Positions 28,513 to 37,262 of a DNA stretch of 64,000 nucleotides are shown piece by piece (position 1 is the stretch's first letter; every line of letters begins with the position of its first letter). Under the pieces are notes generated by a model that saw only the letters and a program-made list of their open reading frames with translations, made no database searches and was not told the origin of the DNA. The position numbers were made by a program, and so were the translations under genes. Source of the stretch: Candidatus Poribacteria bacterium (GTDB taxonomy: Bacteria; Poribacteria; WGA-4E; WGA-3G); assembly GCA_965205015.1 (NCBI GenBank), contig OZ242029.1:704001-768000 (forward strand), read 5' to 3'.

Positions 28513-29213
28513 TGGAAAACATTAACAACGCAAATAACAATGTCGAATCTGCCGAAAGTCACTTTGATAAAGGTAATGCTTTGTATAATCAAGGAGATTA
28601 TGAATCCGCTATTTTGGCGTATGATAAAGCAATTAACCTAAATCCTAACCTTGCTATCGCCTATTTTAACCGAGGTAGTGCGAAGGGCGAGATTGGAAAA
28701 TACTTTGAAGCTATCTCTGATTATACTGAGGCTATCCGGCTAAATCCTGATGATGCGCGTGCCTACTACAATCGGGGTATTGCGAAAACTAAATTAGGAC
28801 ATCCAGAAGCCGCTATCCCTGATTTTGACGAGACCATCCGGCTCGACCCAAACGATGCACACGCCCACAACAATCGAGGTAATGCGAAGGACGAGATTGG
28901 ACAACATTTTGAGGCTCTTTCAGATTACGATACGGCTATTCGTCTGAATCCTAATGGTGCGGATGCCTATAACAATCGGGGCATTATGAAAACTAAATTA
29001 GGACATCCAGAAGCCGCTATTCCTGACTTTGAGGAGGCTATCCGGCTAAACCCAAATGATGCAAAGCCCTATGCCAACCGCGGCAATGTCAAAGGAGAAT
29101 TAGGTTTTGCTGATGATGCCAAGCAAGATTATCAGACAGCATTGGATTTGGCGGAGGAAGCAGGAGATGAAGAAGTTAAGTCCTACATTATGAAAAGATT
29201 AGAATCGCTATAA
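28512..29213 (+). CDS. TPR repeat protein
   Basis: Six AYxNRG..AIxDYxxAIRLNP repeats; TAATG coupling with upstream gene. Confidence 0.9.
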   Translation: MENINNANNNVESAESHFDKGNALYNQGDYESAILAYDKAINLNPNLAIAYFNRGSAKGEIGKYFEAISDYTEAIRLNPDDARAYYNRGIAKTKLGHPEAAIPDFDETIRLDPNDAHAHNNRGNAKDEIGQHFEALSDYDTAIRLNPNGADAYNNRGIMKTKLGHPEAAIPDFEEAIRLNPNDAKPYANRGNVKGELGFADDAKQDYQTALDLAEEAGDEEVKSYIMKRLESL

Positions 29214-29235
29214 TACATAAGAAGGAGTAGATTGA

Positions 29236-30336
29236 ATGTCTAATATGACTCCACTCCGCACGGTGATTGTTGGGTGCGGTATGATATCCGCAGGCGGTTA
29301 TCAACCCCGTTGCCAAGCCTACCCGCATCGTATTGAATTGGTCGGCTATTACGACCAAGACGAGAGCCGTGCCTCAGCATTGGCAGAGCGAAACGGGGGA
29401 CACGTTTATAAATCCCTCGATGAAGTGCTGAACGATTCGAATGTAGAGGCGATTGTAAATTTGACGCTTCATATTTCTCATTATCCGGTCTCATTGGCAG
29501 CACTGAAAGCGGGAAAACATGTCTACTCCGAGAAACCGATTTCCATTCGAACCGATGAGGCGAATGAACTCGTGGAAACCGCGGAAGCGATGGATTTAAA
29601 ACTCGCATGTGCGCCATCGGCGATTCTCGGCTACGTTCAGCAGAACGTCTGGCAACGGATTCGCGAGGGTGAAATCGGCGATGTAATCTCCGCGATCGGC
29701 AATTTCGGGGGTCCTTTGGAACACTGGCATCCGAGTGCTGACGCGTTTCTTATGCATGCCGGTCCGTTCCGGGATGTTGCTCCGTATCCATTAACTACGA
29801 TGACAACGATGATCGCGCCGGTCAAAACCGTGCACGGCTTCGCCCGGGTTGCTGTTCCAAAACGGACCTTACACCAAGGACCGCGCCAAGGCACTGAATT
29901 TGAGGTGAATGAGAAGGATCACGGATTTGCCGTACTTGAGTTCGAGAACGGTGCCCACGGGTTTATCTACCACAGTTTTACGGTTGCTTCTGGGATTCCG
30001 CCCTATGAAATCCACGGCACGGCAGGCGGATTCTCGCTTCAAGCACATGACGATGGACGCGGTATCCAAAAGTTTACGCCCGGAGATGGATGGCAAGATG
30101 AACCCTCGCCACCAAAAGCGTTTACTGGGTTAGATTGGGGCAAAGGGGTTGCGGATTTCGCGGACGCAATCAGAGCTGATCGGAACCCGCGTTGTAACGG
30201 CGCGCAAGCGCGGCACGCGTTAGAGGTGTGTGAACGCATCATCGAATCCTCGGACGCCGGTAGACCTGTCGATGTCGTGAGCCGTTTCCCTGCACCACTG
30301 CCTGTTGGTGATGTAGCACCGTGGGAAGACGCGTAG
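29236..30336 (+). CDS. Gfo/Idh/MocA family oxidoreductase
   Basis: IVGCGMIS, AGKHVYSEKP. Confidence 0.88.
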   Translation: MSNMTPLRTVIVGCGMISAGGYQPRCQAYPHRIELVGYYDQDESRASALAERNGGHVYKSLDEVLNDSNVEAIVNLTLHISHYPVSLAALKAGKHVYSEKPISIRTDEANELVETAEAMDLKLACAPSAILGYVQQNVWQRIREGEIGDVISAIGNFGGPLEHWHPSADAFLMHAGPFRDVAPYPLTTMTTMIAPVKTVHGFARVAVPKRTLHQGPRQGTEFEVNEKDHGFAVLEFENGAHGFIYHSFTVASGIPPYEIHGTAGGFSLQAHDDGRGIQKFTPGDGWQDEPSPPKAFTGLDWGKGVADFADAIRADRNPRCNGAQARHALEVCERIIESSDAGRPVDVVSRFPAPLPVGDVAPWEDA

Positions 30337-30354
30337 AGGCGAGGTCACCTCGCC

Positions 30355-33048
30355 CTACTTCCCAAGCGTTAGCATGTTGATGAAAAGGCGATACGCCCCC
30401 GCCACACCCGCTGGGAGTTGCCTATAAAAGGCGTAAGCGGCATAAGTGTAAGTCCCTTGTCCGTATTTTGCTGTGAGGAACCCGCCGTGTTGCGGCTCCT
30501 GTTCGCGGTCGTTGCATGTGAGGAGTGCCTGATAGTTCGCGTCCCATTCGGTGAGGAATTTAGAACCGCGCTCCTCGACCCATCCATCGAAATCAGCCGC
30601 TGTAATTGGATTGGGATGCTGGAAGATCGGATGGTCGGACATTAAAATGGTTACCTGTGCGTCCTCCTCAGAGACCTCCTCCGGTCGTCTGCCCATCGTA
30701 TAAGGATACGGACCAAAAGGCGCGGCATCAAATTCTGGGGTCTGATATTGAACGATGAGGTTGCCTCCTTTATGCACGTAATCGAGGAGTCTGCTGTTAT
30801 AGGCAATTAGATCCTGCCGAACGGCATACGCCCGGATACCAATCAAAATGGTATCAAACCGATCCAAATCGCCAGTGCGGAGTTCCTCTCTGTCCAGCAT
30901 CTCCACGTCGATACCGATCTGTTGTAGTGCTTCGGGCACCCTGTCGCCGACACCCATGATATACCCGACACTCACATGCGCTGGGACTTTGAGTGGGATG
31001 CTGCGAAGCGTCATGACGGCAGGATGATACAGGTGTCGCGGTTCAAGGTCGGGATGGTCAATCGCCTGATAGCCGGCGGTATACGTTTCGCCATTATAGG
31101 TCGCGATTGCTTGGATGGTATATTCCTGATCAACTCCAACATCGCTGGCAGATACCTGAAAAGCAAACGTTTTGCTTGCCCCTTCGTGTGTGAAAGCGAA
31201 AGGCGCGTTCTCGGGGGATGACCGCCACCCGTCTGGCAATTTGAGCGACAGTGTCCCCTCTGCCTCACCCTTCACGTTATTCAGCATTTCTACTGTTGTC
31301 GTAAATGTTGCTTCCCCATCTGCTATAGCAGATTCAGAGATCGGAATCACACCGATACGCGGTGAAACAGATACACTGATAGCCGGGGCGACCGTTAGCA
31401 ACCGGCGTCTTTCGCCCCACGGTCTGTTAATTGAAACCGTTTGTGCGGGCTGCGTCAGCGTAAAGTCGACTCCATCCACACGATAGGTTACAACACCATT
31501 GACCTCAGGCGATGCGAAAGGGAGGAAACGAAATTCTGGACGCTTCAGTGTATAGACAGCATCCTGGTACTCAGACGCCCGAGTCCAATACGGCTGCGTG
31601 TAATCTGCATCCTGTGCGACCTCCACCTCAAACAGGGTAGAAATGGGGTCGTTCGTCTGAATAGGGACGATCCCTTCCCGATCCGAGTCTTTTTGAATAC
31701 GGTGCACACGCCAGCCTTCGGGGGTGTGGAGGGAGGCATTGACGAGTTCGGCGGCAACTGGCGCCGGATTCACCATCCGCATCCCAATTGAAAACTTTTG
31801 CCCGGGAATTGCGACAGCAAAGGTTTCAGATGAACGCGCCGCTGTGGATTGAACCAGCACCTCTAAAGACAAACCAAGGGCAGCGTTCGCCGCAGTCATC
31901 AATTCCTGCTCTTTATTCCGAAGCAGGAACAGAAGGTGCGATCGGGTACCGTCATCAAGGTCTACACGCTGGATGTTTTCGATTAAGCCGCGTGTCGTTT
32001 TTAACCCGTTTGCGAGATGCGGCACGACTTTCCATGGGTGGCGGGCATCATACGCACGGACGGCGGCATCGACGCTTTCCTGAAGTTGTGCGAATTCCGC
32101 GTCCAATGCGGATATGTTTGCAATTCTCGCCATGCCCATAAGGGTCGCGTCAATCCCGTCAAAGAGACTCTCTTCGGGGTTTTGTTGTTCGGGAAGGGTC
32201 GTATCTACCAACCGCAACTCTGTAACGGCGGACCCTTTGGAGGCGCGGGTCTGCCCGACACCTTGGGAACGTTGGAAACTCAGCCCGTGGCGTGCGATTT
32301 GGGCATAAGAGAGTCCCAACAGCGCGTTGTATTCGCCGGTATCAATTTTCAGTACAGGTGCGTCGCTGGTCTCGGTGTTACTGCGCCGCCATCTCGAACG
32401 CGTGATGTAGAGTTTCTTCGGTTGCCACGGCTGGAGTCCTTCGGAGAGGTGCTCTGGGAATCGATTCACATCGCCTGCCGCACGGAATGCCTCTAATGTC
32501 ACAACCCCGGATACCTGATGATGTCCGTGTCCATCTTGACGATTGCCCTGAAACCGGGAAATAACGACATCAGGACGATAGAGACGGATCAGACGGACCA
32601 TATCCTCTAACAGCATCTGATAGTCCCATTTTTCCAAGGTTTCATCGAGTCGTTTGGAATAACCGAAATCGACGGCACTGCTGAAAAAGAGGTCGATACC
32701 GTAGTAGCGAACAGCGGCGAGATGCTCCTCGGTCCGGACGATACCCAGCGCGTCAAACAATTCAGGTCCGATGAGATTTGCGCCGCCCTCACCCCGCGTC
32801 GTGGAGTATAATCCCGTCCTGACACCGCGCGCCCGGCTAAGCCACGTTAGCAACGCGCCATTTTCGTCGTCAGGATGGGCGACGGTGTGTAGAACGGTGG
32901 CGGTTGTCTGTAGGCGTTGCAAGGCGCGCCAAGTCTCCGAAGCGTTCGTTGCCCCCGCCATTTCTCCTGTGTCTGCCATTGTCATATTCCCTCCTACTAT
33001 TCCGAGCAACGCGAAAACCAGAATTGATGTTACGATTTTTTTCCACAT
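30355..33048 (-). CDS. Secreted PIG-L/LmbE family deacetylase with NEW3-like domain
   Basis: AHPDDE, TRGEGG, DFGYSK, GHGHH; C-terminal RQLPAGVAGAYRLFIN. Confidence 0.88.
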   Translation of the reverse strand: MWKKIVTSILVFALLGIVGGNMTMADTGEMAGATNASETWRALQRLQTTATVLHTVAHPDDENGALLTWLSRARGVRTGLYSTTRGEGGANLIGPELFDALGIVRTEEHLAAVRYYGIDLFFSSAVDFGYSKRLDETLEKWDYQMLLEDMVRLIRLYRPDVVISRFQGNRQDGHGHHQVSGVVTLEAFRAAGDVNRFPEHLSEGLQPWQPKKLYITRSRWRRSNTETSDAPVLKIDTGEYNALLGLSYAQIARHGLSFQRSQGVGQTRASKGSAVTELRLVDTTLPEQQNPEESLFDGIDATLMGMARIANISALDAEFAQLQESVDAAVRAYDARHPWKVVPHLANGLKTTRGLIENIQRVDLDDGTRSHLLFLLRNKEQELMTAANAALGLSLEVLVQSTAARSSETFAVAIPGQKFSIGMRMVNPAPVAAELVNASLHTPEGWRVHRIQKDSDREGIVPIQTNDPISTLFEVEVAQDADYTQPYWTRASEYQDAVYTLKRPEFRFLPFASPEVNGVVTYRVDGVDFTLTQPAQTVSINRPWGERRRLLTVAPAISVSVSPRIGVIPISESAIADGEATFTTTVEMLNNVKGEAEGTLSLKLPDGWRSSPENAPFAFTHEGASKTFAFQVSASDVGVDQEYTIQAIATYNGETYTAGYQAIDHPDLEPRHLYHPAVMTLRSIPLKVPAHVSVGYIMGVGDRVPEALQQIGIDVEMLDREELRTGDLDRFDTILIGIRAYAVRQDLIAYNSRLLDYVHKGGNLIVQYQTPEFDAAPFGPYPYTMGRRPEEVSEEDAQVTILMSDHPIFQHPNPITAADFDGWVEERGSKFLTEWDANYQALLTCNDREQEPQHGGFLTAKYGQGTYTYAAYAFYRQLPAGVAGAYRLFINMLTLGK

Positions 33049-33121
33049 AAGACAATTCTCCAAGAAAAAATGTGCCTAAATTGTCTGAATCAGGATTCTC
33101 AGGATTAAAGGATGACCAAGA

Positions 33122-33940
33122 TCATAGAGCACTTCGAAGCATTTCCACGCTCTGCGGAACGCCGACATGTGCATCGGCTTTCCCCTCGAATTCAATGGAT
33201 ACATATCCCTGAAATCCGGCATCCTTTAGAATGTTGCCTATTTTAGCATAATCTAAATCCAATGTATACCATTCACCACCCCCGTAATAGGTTTTGGCAT
33301 GGACGAGCACCGCCTCATCTGCAATCTGTTCCAGTTTTTGGTATGGATCTGAAAGAAAGTTCCCACAATCCATTGTAACTTTCAACCAGTCTGAGTCGAT
33401 AGCGGAAACAATACGATTGACGCCTTCAGGGGTGCAGGTGAGTCCCCAATGGTTTTCAAGTCCAAGGACAACCCCGTACTTCTCAGCGTCCGGGAGACAG
33501 TTTTCAATAGCTTCGATGACCCACGCAAACGCCTCGTCTTCTGTGTGTCCGGGGAGTGTCGGTTCTTGCCCTTCGGTTTTCATTAATTCATCGAAAGAGG
33601 GAACGGTGCCCCAGCGTCCTGAGTTGAGGCGAATTGCGGGGATACCGAGTTCGTGTGCCAATCGGATACAGTGGACGGTATGATTGATATTTTTTTGTCG
33701 TGTCGCCTCGTCTGCGGAAACGAAGCCTTGATGGATAGAGAGTGCGTAGAGATCGAGTCCATGTATGAAAGCGAGTCTTTTCAGTTTTTGGAGATACGGA
33801 TTGGCTTCCGATGCCATCTGTTGATGTAAGATTTCAACGCCGTCGAGTCCGAGACGTGCGGCTTCTTCAATGACGTGCTCAATTGGTACCCGTTCAGGTT
33901 TGAAATGCCAATAGGAATAAGTGGATACACCGAGTTTCAT
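33122..33940 (-). CDS. Sugar phosphate isomerase/epimerase (AP endonuclease 2 TIM barrel)
   Basis: GLENHWG, MDCGN, HAK, SIEFEG. Confidence 0.85.
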   Translation of the reverse strand: MKLGVSTYSYWHFKPERVPIEHVIEEAARLGLDGVEILHQQMASEANPYLQKLKRLAFIHGLDLYALSIHQGFVSADEATRQKNINHTVHCIRLAHELGIPAIRLNSGRWGTVPSFDELMKTEGQEPTLPGHTEDEAFAWVIEAIENCLPDAEKYGVVLGLENHWGLTCTPEGVNRIVSAIDSDWLKVTMDCGNFLSDPYQKLEQIADEAVLVHAKTYYGGGEWYTLDLDYAKIGNILKDAGFQGYVSIEFEGKADAHVGVPQSVEMLRSAL

Positions 33941-34077
33941 TTATCACCTCAATCAGAGTTTTTGTGCTCTTTATGATAGCATAACTCAGCATGCAATATC
34001 CACTTTTTTGATGGGTTATCAGCTGTCAGTTGCCAGAAGGCGAGGTTTCCTAACCTCGCCTTTTCGGTAGAACACGG

Positions 34078-35748
34078 CTACTGGTTCCTGGATTCCCCCG
34101 CCACTGCTCCTGCCACGAGTTGTTCTAAATCTGCCTCCCTGCCTCTGCGGGAGATCAATTTGTGGTTGGCTTCATAGGCGATCAACTTACCCTCCCTATC
34201 AATAAGCCACCGTGTCGGAATAGAGCGAACGTTATACTGTTGCGCGAGCGGACTCTGTCGTTCCAGACCGCTGTAAATTTGCCGCCAAGAGATGTCATTC
34301 TCCCTAAGGTAATTTCGCAGTTTCGTTTCATCGGTGTCAAGGCTGACCCCGATGATGTCAAATCCTTTGTCTTTATAGGTATCGTAAATCTTCTTCACCC
34401 TCAGCATTTCCCCGACGCAGAAACCGTTCCAGACTGCCCAGAAATCGAGTAAGACGACTTTTCCGCGGTATTGCTGGAGCGAAATCGGATTGCCATCATG
34501 ATCTGTTGTAGAAAAATCAGATGCCGGTTTTCCAAACTCGTCATAGGCCTCGGCGAGCCTACGGGATAGACCGTGCTTTCCAAGTTGCCTCGGCTTTTGT
34601 GCCGCAACTTTCATACCCATAGATGACGTTAGCAATTCTAAATACCGAGGTATCCGCTCACTGCGAGGTAACCGATAATCCGGATGAAACAAATTCTTGC
34701 TGGGCAGATGTTCAATCACTTCCAATTCAGGGGTTAGTGTTAGGATGTCCACAGAATCGGAGTAATGCTGTCGGAGTTTTGTTGCCAAGTCACCCGCTGC
34801 TGCGCCTTTGGCACCCGTCTGCAACTCGGGCAACTCCCTGTGTAGAACCCAGACGTTCACAAAATGCGTGTTGAGCGATTCAATAATTTTCGGTGAGGAG
34901 AGCGGACCCGCTCTCAAAATTTTGCCCGTCCCTCAGCAAGACTCATCGTCGAGGACCCCGAATAGGAGGACCGCATGGATCGGACGATTCGATGCTTTCG
35001 CGAGTTGGACCGCATCTTCAATAGGAGTCCACGCAATTCCAGCGAACTTGTAAAGCGCGTTCTGAAACTTTCTATCGGCTTCTTCCTCCGTGATAGCGGT
35101 TCCCCAATCAATCGACTCCGGTTGCGTCTCCGATAAACTGTGGAGTTCCATACGCGGAACCAACCCTATATCGTGGGTTCCAAAAGCACCCATATCTACA
35201 TTACTGTTGCGACTGGGAAGCGATAGCGTCCACTGACAAATCGTTCCACTGTTGCGATTGATGCGCAAATGTCCAGCAAATTGTGCAGGCCTCAAGTAGG
35301 CACCGATGGAGGCGTTCAGTATGAAGCGCGCATGGATTCGGAAGACAATATCAGCATATTCAGGTGATAGTGCCCGTAAGCAGGCTTTCGCGCCGTTCCC
35401 ACCATATCCGACATCCATTGTTGCGTTGGGGTGAAACTGGCGCAGAAACGGGAGAATCCGATCCGGATCCAGGTCCCAGACATCCCCTACGTTGACCGTT
35501 GACGGTGGAAGAAAAACTTGGAAATCCGATGTATTATAGTCCTTCAACGGCTGCGCAGGTCCGGGCTTGAATAACTCCAACCACTCTTCCCACGTCATGT
35601 CCACCGGTTCTTGCCACTGTGACTTAGTTCGATTAAACTTTTCTTCTGTTGCCCAATGCAAGTTATTCGATGTATTTTCGATCGGATCCCAATGCGCCTG
35701 CACTGGGATATTCGCTGAAGTTCTTAGCACGTTACGAAGGTCTATCAC
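34078..35748 (-). CDS. SELENON (selenoprotein N)-like protein fused to a TlpA-like redoxin; in-frame TGA at 34933-34935 (putative Sec, codon 272)
   Basis: The two ORF-track ORFs are in the same frame: LLFGVLDDESC-TGA-GTGKILRAGPLSSPKIIESLNTHFVNVW matches the SelN motif LWGALDDQSCUGSGRTLR...LNESF; upstream FRIHA...PAQF and NVDM also SelN-like; hairpin downstream of TGA. Confidence 0.85.
34898..34915 (-). promoter_or_regulatory. Putative bacterial SECIS hairpin
   Basis: GAGAGCG-GGTC-CGCTCTC; G-initiated loop 24 nt 3' of the UGA. Confidence 0.7.
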
Positions 35749-35798
35749 TATCTTTACTCCTATTGTTAGAACGATTTATGGTAGATTTTAGAATTTGT

Positions 35799-35868
35799 GG
35801 GCAGGCACGAGACCTGCCCCTACAATGTGATTGGTGTATTTGTGGGCAGGCACAAGACCTGCCCCTAC
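35799..35868. repeat. Two direct GTAG REP copies
   Basis: gggcaggcac(g/a)agacctgcccctac twice; same family as 1923, 12876 and 48407. Confidence 0.85.
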
Positions 35869-35909
35869 AAGATATAGACCTATTTCCATAATTCGCCATA
35901 GTAAAGGTC

Positions 35910-37217
35910 CTATTGATTCTCGGGTCTGTTTTTGAGGGCTTCCACGACGAGATGTTCTAAATCTTCGCCCCTTGCTTTATGCGAAATTAATGTGCCATCC
36001 CTGTCAATAAGCCACGGTGCCGGAATACCACGGATATCGTATTGTCGGGTAAGGGAATCTTCACCCCTTGCGTTATCGAAAATTTGTCGCCATTGGATGT
36101 CATTCTCTTTAATATAGTCCCGCAGTTTCGGTTCCTCATTATCAAGACTGACCCCGATGACGTCAAATCCCTGATCCTTATAGGTGTCGTAGACTCTTTT
36201 GAGATTTGGCATTTCCGCGATGCACGGACCACACCACACCGCCCAAAAATCGAGTAAGACAACCTTTCCACGATAGTCTTGAAGCGAAATTGGATTCCCA
36301 TCAAGGTCTGTCGCAGAAAAATCAGGCACCAATTTTCCCCACAATTCATATTTAGGATCAGCCTTGCGTTCATAAACTTCGGCGAGTTCAATATTGCCTA
36401 ATTTCTCATAAATATAGGCAAGCCTCGCATGGATAGGTTGTGCATCCGGAAGCTGCTGCTCAGCCGCCTTAAAAATCTCAAGCATATCATCATATAATTC
36501 CGCTTCCGCAAGTACCTCAAATACTGTGCGATACCCATCAATGTTTAGGATCATGCCTGACTTGAGACGCTCAATCAGAGCATCGGCGGCTTGTTCATCC
36601 CCGACTCGGTGGATGTAGAGTCCAAGAAGTTCTGCGTAGAGCTCGAAGAAACGCCGATCGTCCGGGTATCGCGCAAGTGTGTCTTCAAAAGCAGTAATCG
36701 CGGCTTCGGGGCTACCGTATATCTCTTCGGGTGTGTACACACCGGAGGACCAAAATATTTTGAAAGCGAAACTCAAGTTCAGACACTCAAACGCTTGATT
36801 CCTATGATGCCGACAACGGACAAGGGGTATAACATCCCCATACACGAAACGTTCCTCACTTTTCATTGCTCGATACCGCGGATGAAATTGGTAGCCGTAA
36901 CTTACGGGCATCTTTGGATCTGCATTGCTGGAAAAGATTGGCTTGCCACCCAACTCATCTGCTGGACACAGCAAAAGGTTTGCATCGGGCAAATATTTCG
37001 GATGAAGTTCTGAGAGCCATTCCGGGAAATCGCCGTGTTCTTTTTTATAGGCTTGAATCGCCTCGCCAATCGCAACCAAATTTTGCGTGCAGATTTCAAT
37101 GTTTTTCTCATGCCGTTCCATAATTAGATCCTCGCTGGGCTTTTCTGTAGGTGTGTCTGCGTTTGCAGAAGTGATTAGTAAACCTATCACCATTGCCACA
37201 GTCAAGATTGCTTTCAT
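35910..37217 (-). CDS. Secreted protein: pilin/DUF1559-like Cys-rich domain + TPR + TlpA-family redoxin
   Basis: Signal peptide; ICTQNLVAIGEAIQAY..HGDFP; PDFSATDLDG..LLDFWAVWCGPC. Confidence 0.85.
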   Translation of the reverse strand: MKAILTVAMVIGLLITSANADTPTEKPSEDLIMERHEKNIEICTQNLVAIGEAIQAYKKEHGDFPEWLSELHPKYLPDANLLLCPADELGGKPIFSSNADPKMPVSYGYQFHPRYRAMKSEERFVYGDVIPLVRCRHHRNQAFECLNLSFAFKIFWSSGVYTPEEIYGSPEAAITAFEDTLARYPDDRRFFELYAELLGLYIHRVGDEQAADALIERLKSGMILNIDGYRTVFEVLAEAELYDDMLEIFKAAEQQLPDAQPIHARLAYIYEKLGNIELAEVYERKADPKYELWGKLVPDFSATDLDGNPISLQDYRGKVVLLDFWAVWCGPCIAEMPNLKRVYDTYKDQGFDVIGVSLDNEEPKLRDYIKENDIQWRQIFDNARGEDSLTRQYDIRGIPAPWLIDRDGTLISHKARGEDLEHLVVEALKNRPENQ

Positions 37218-37262
37218 TTCAATATTCTCCTTTTCAGATTTCTCACTGAATTGCCAGATTGG

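Noticed and set aside
34078-34917. Stand-alone 279-aa redoxin ORF from the track
   Set aside because: TTG start without a clear SD, in frame with the upstream ORF across a SelN motif; merged into one CDS
19709-35748. Genome-wide UGA reassignment or simple nonsense pseudogenes explaining the in-frame TGAs
   Set aside because: TGA ends normal genes here (e.g. at 3737, 17267, 33122) and TGG is used for Trp; both TGAs fall at Cys/Sec-type positions with downstream hairpins
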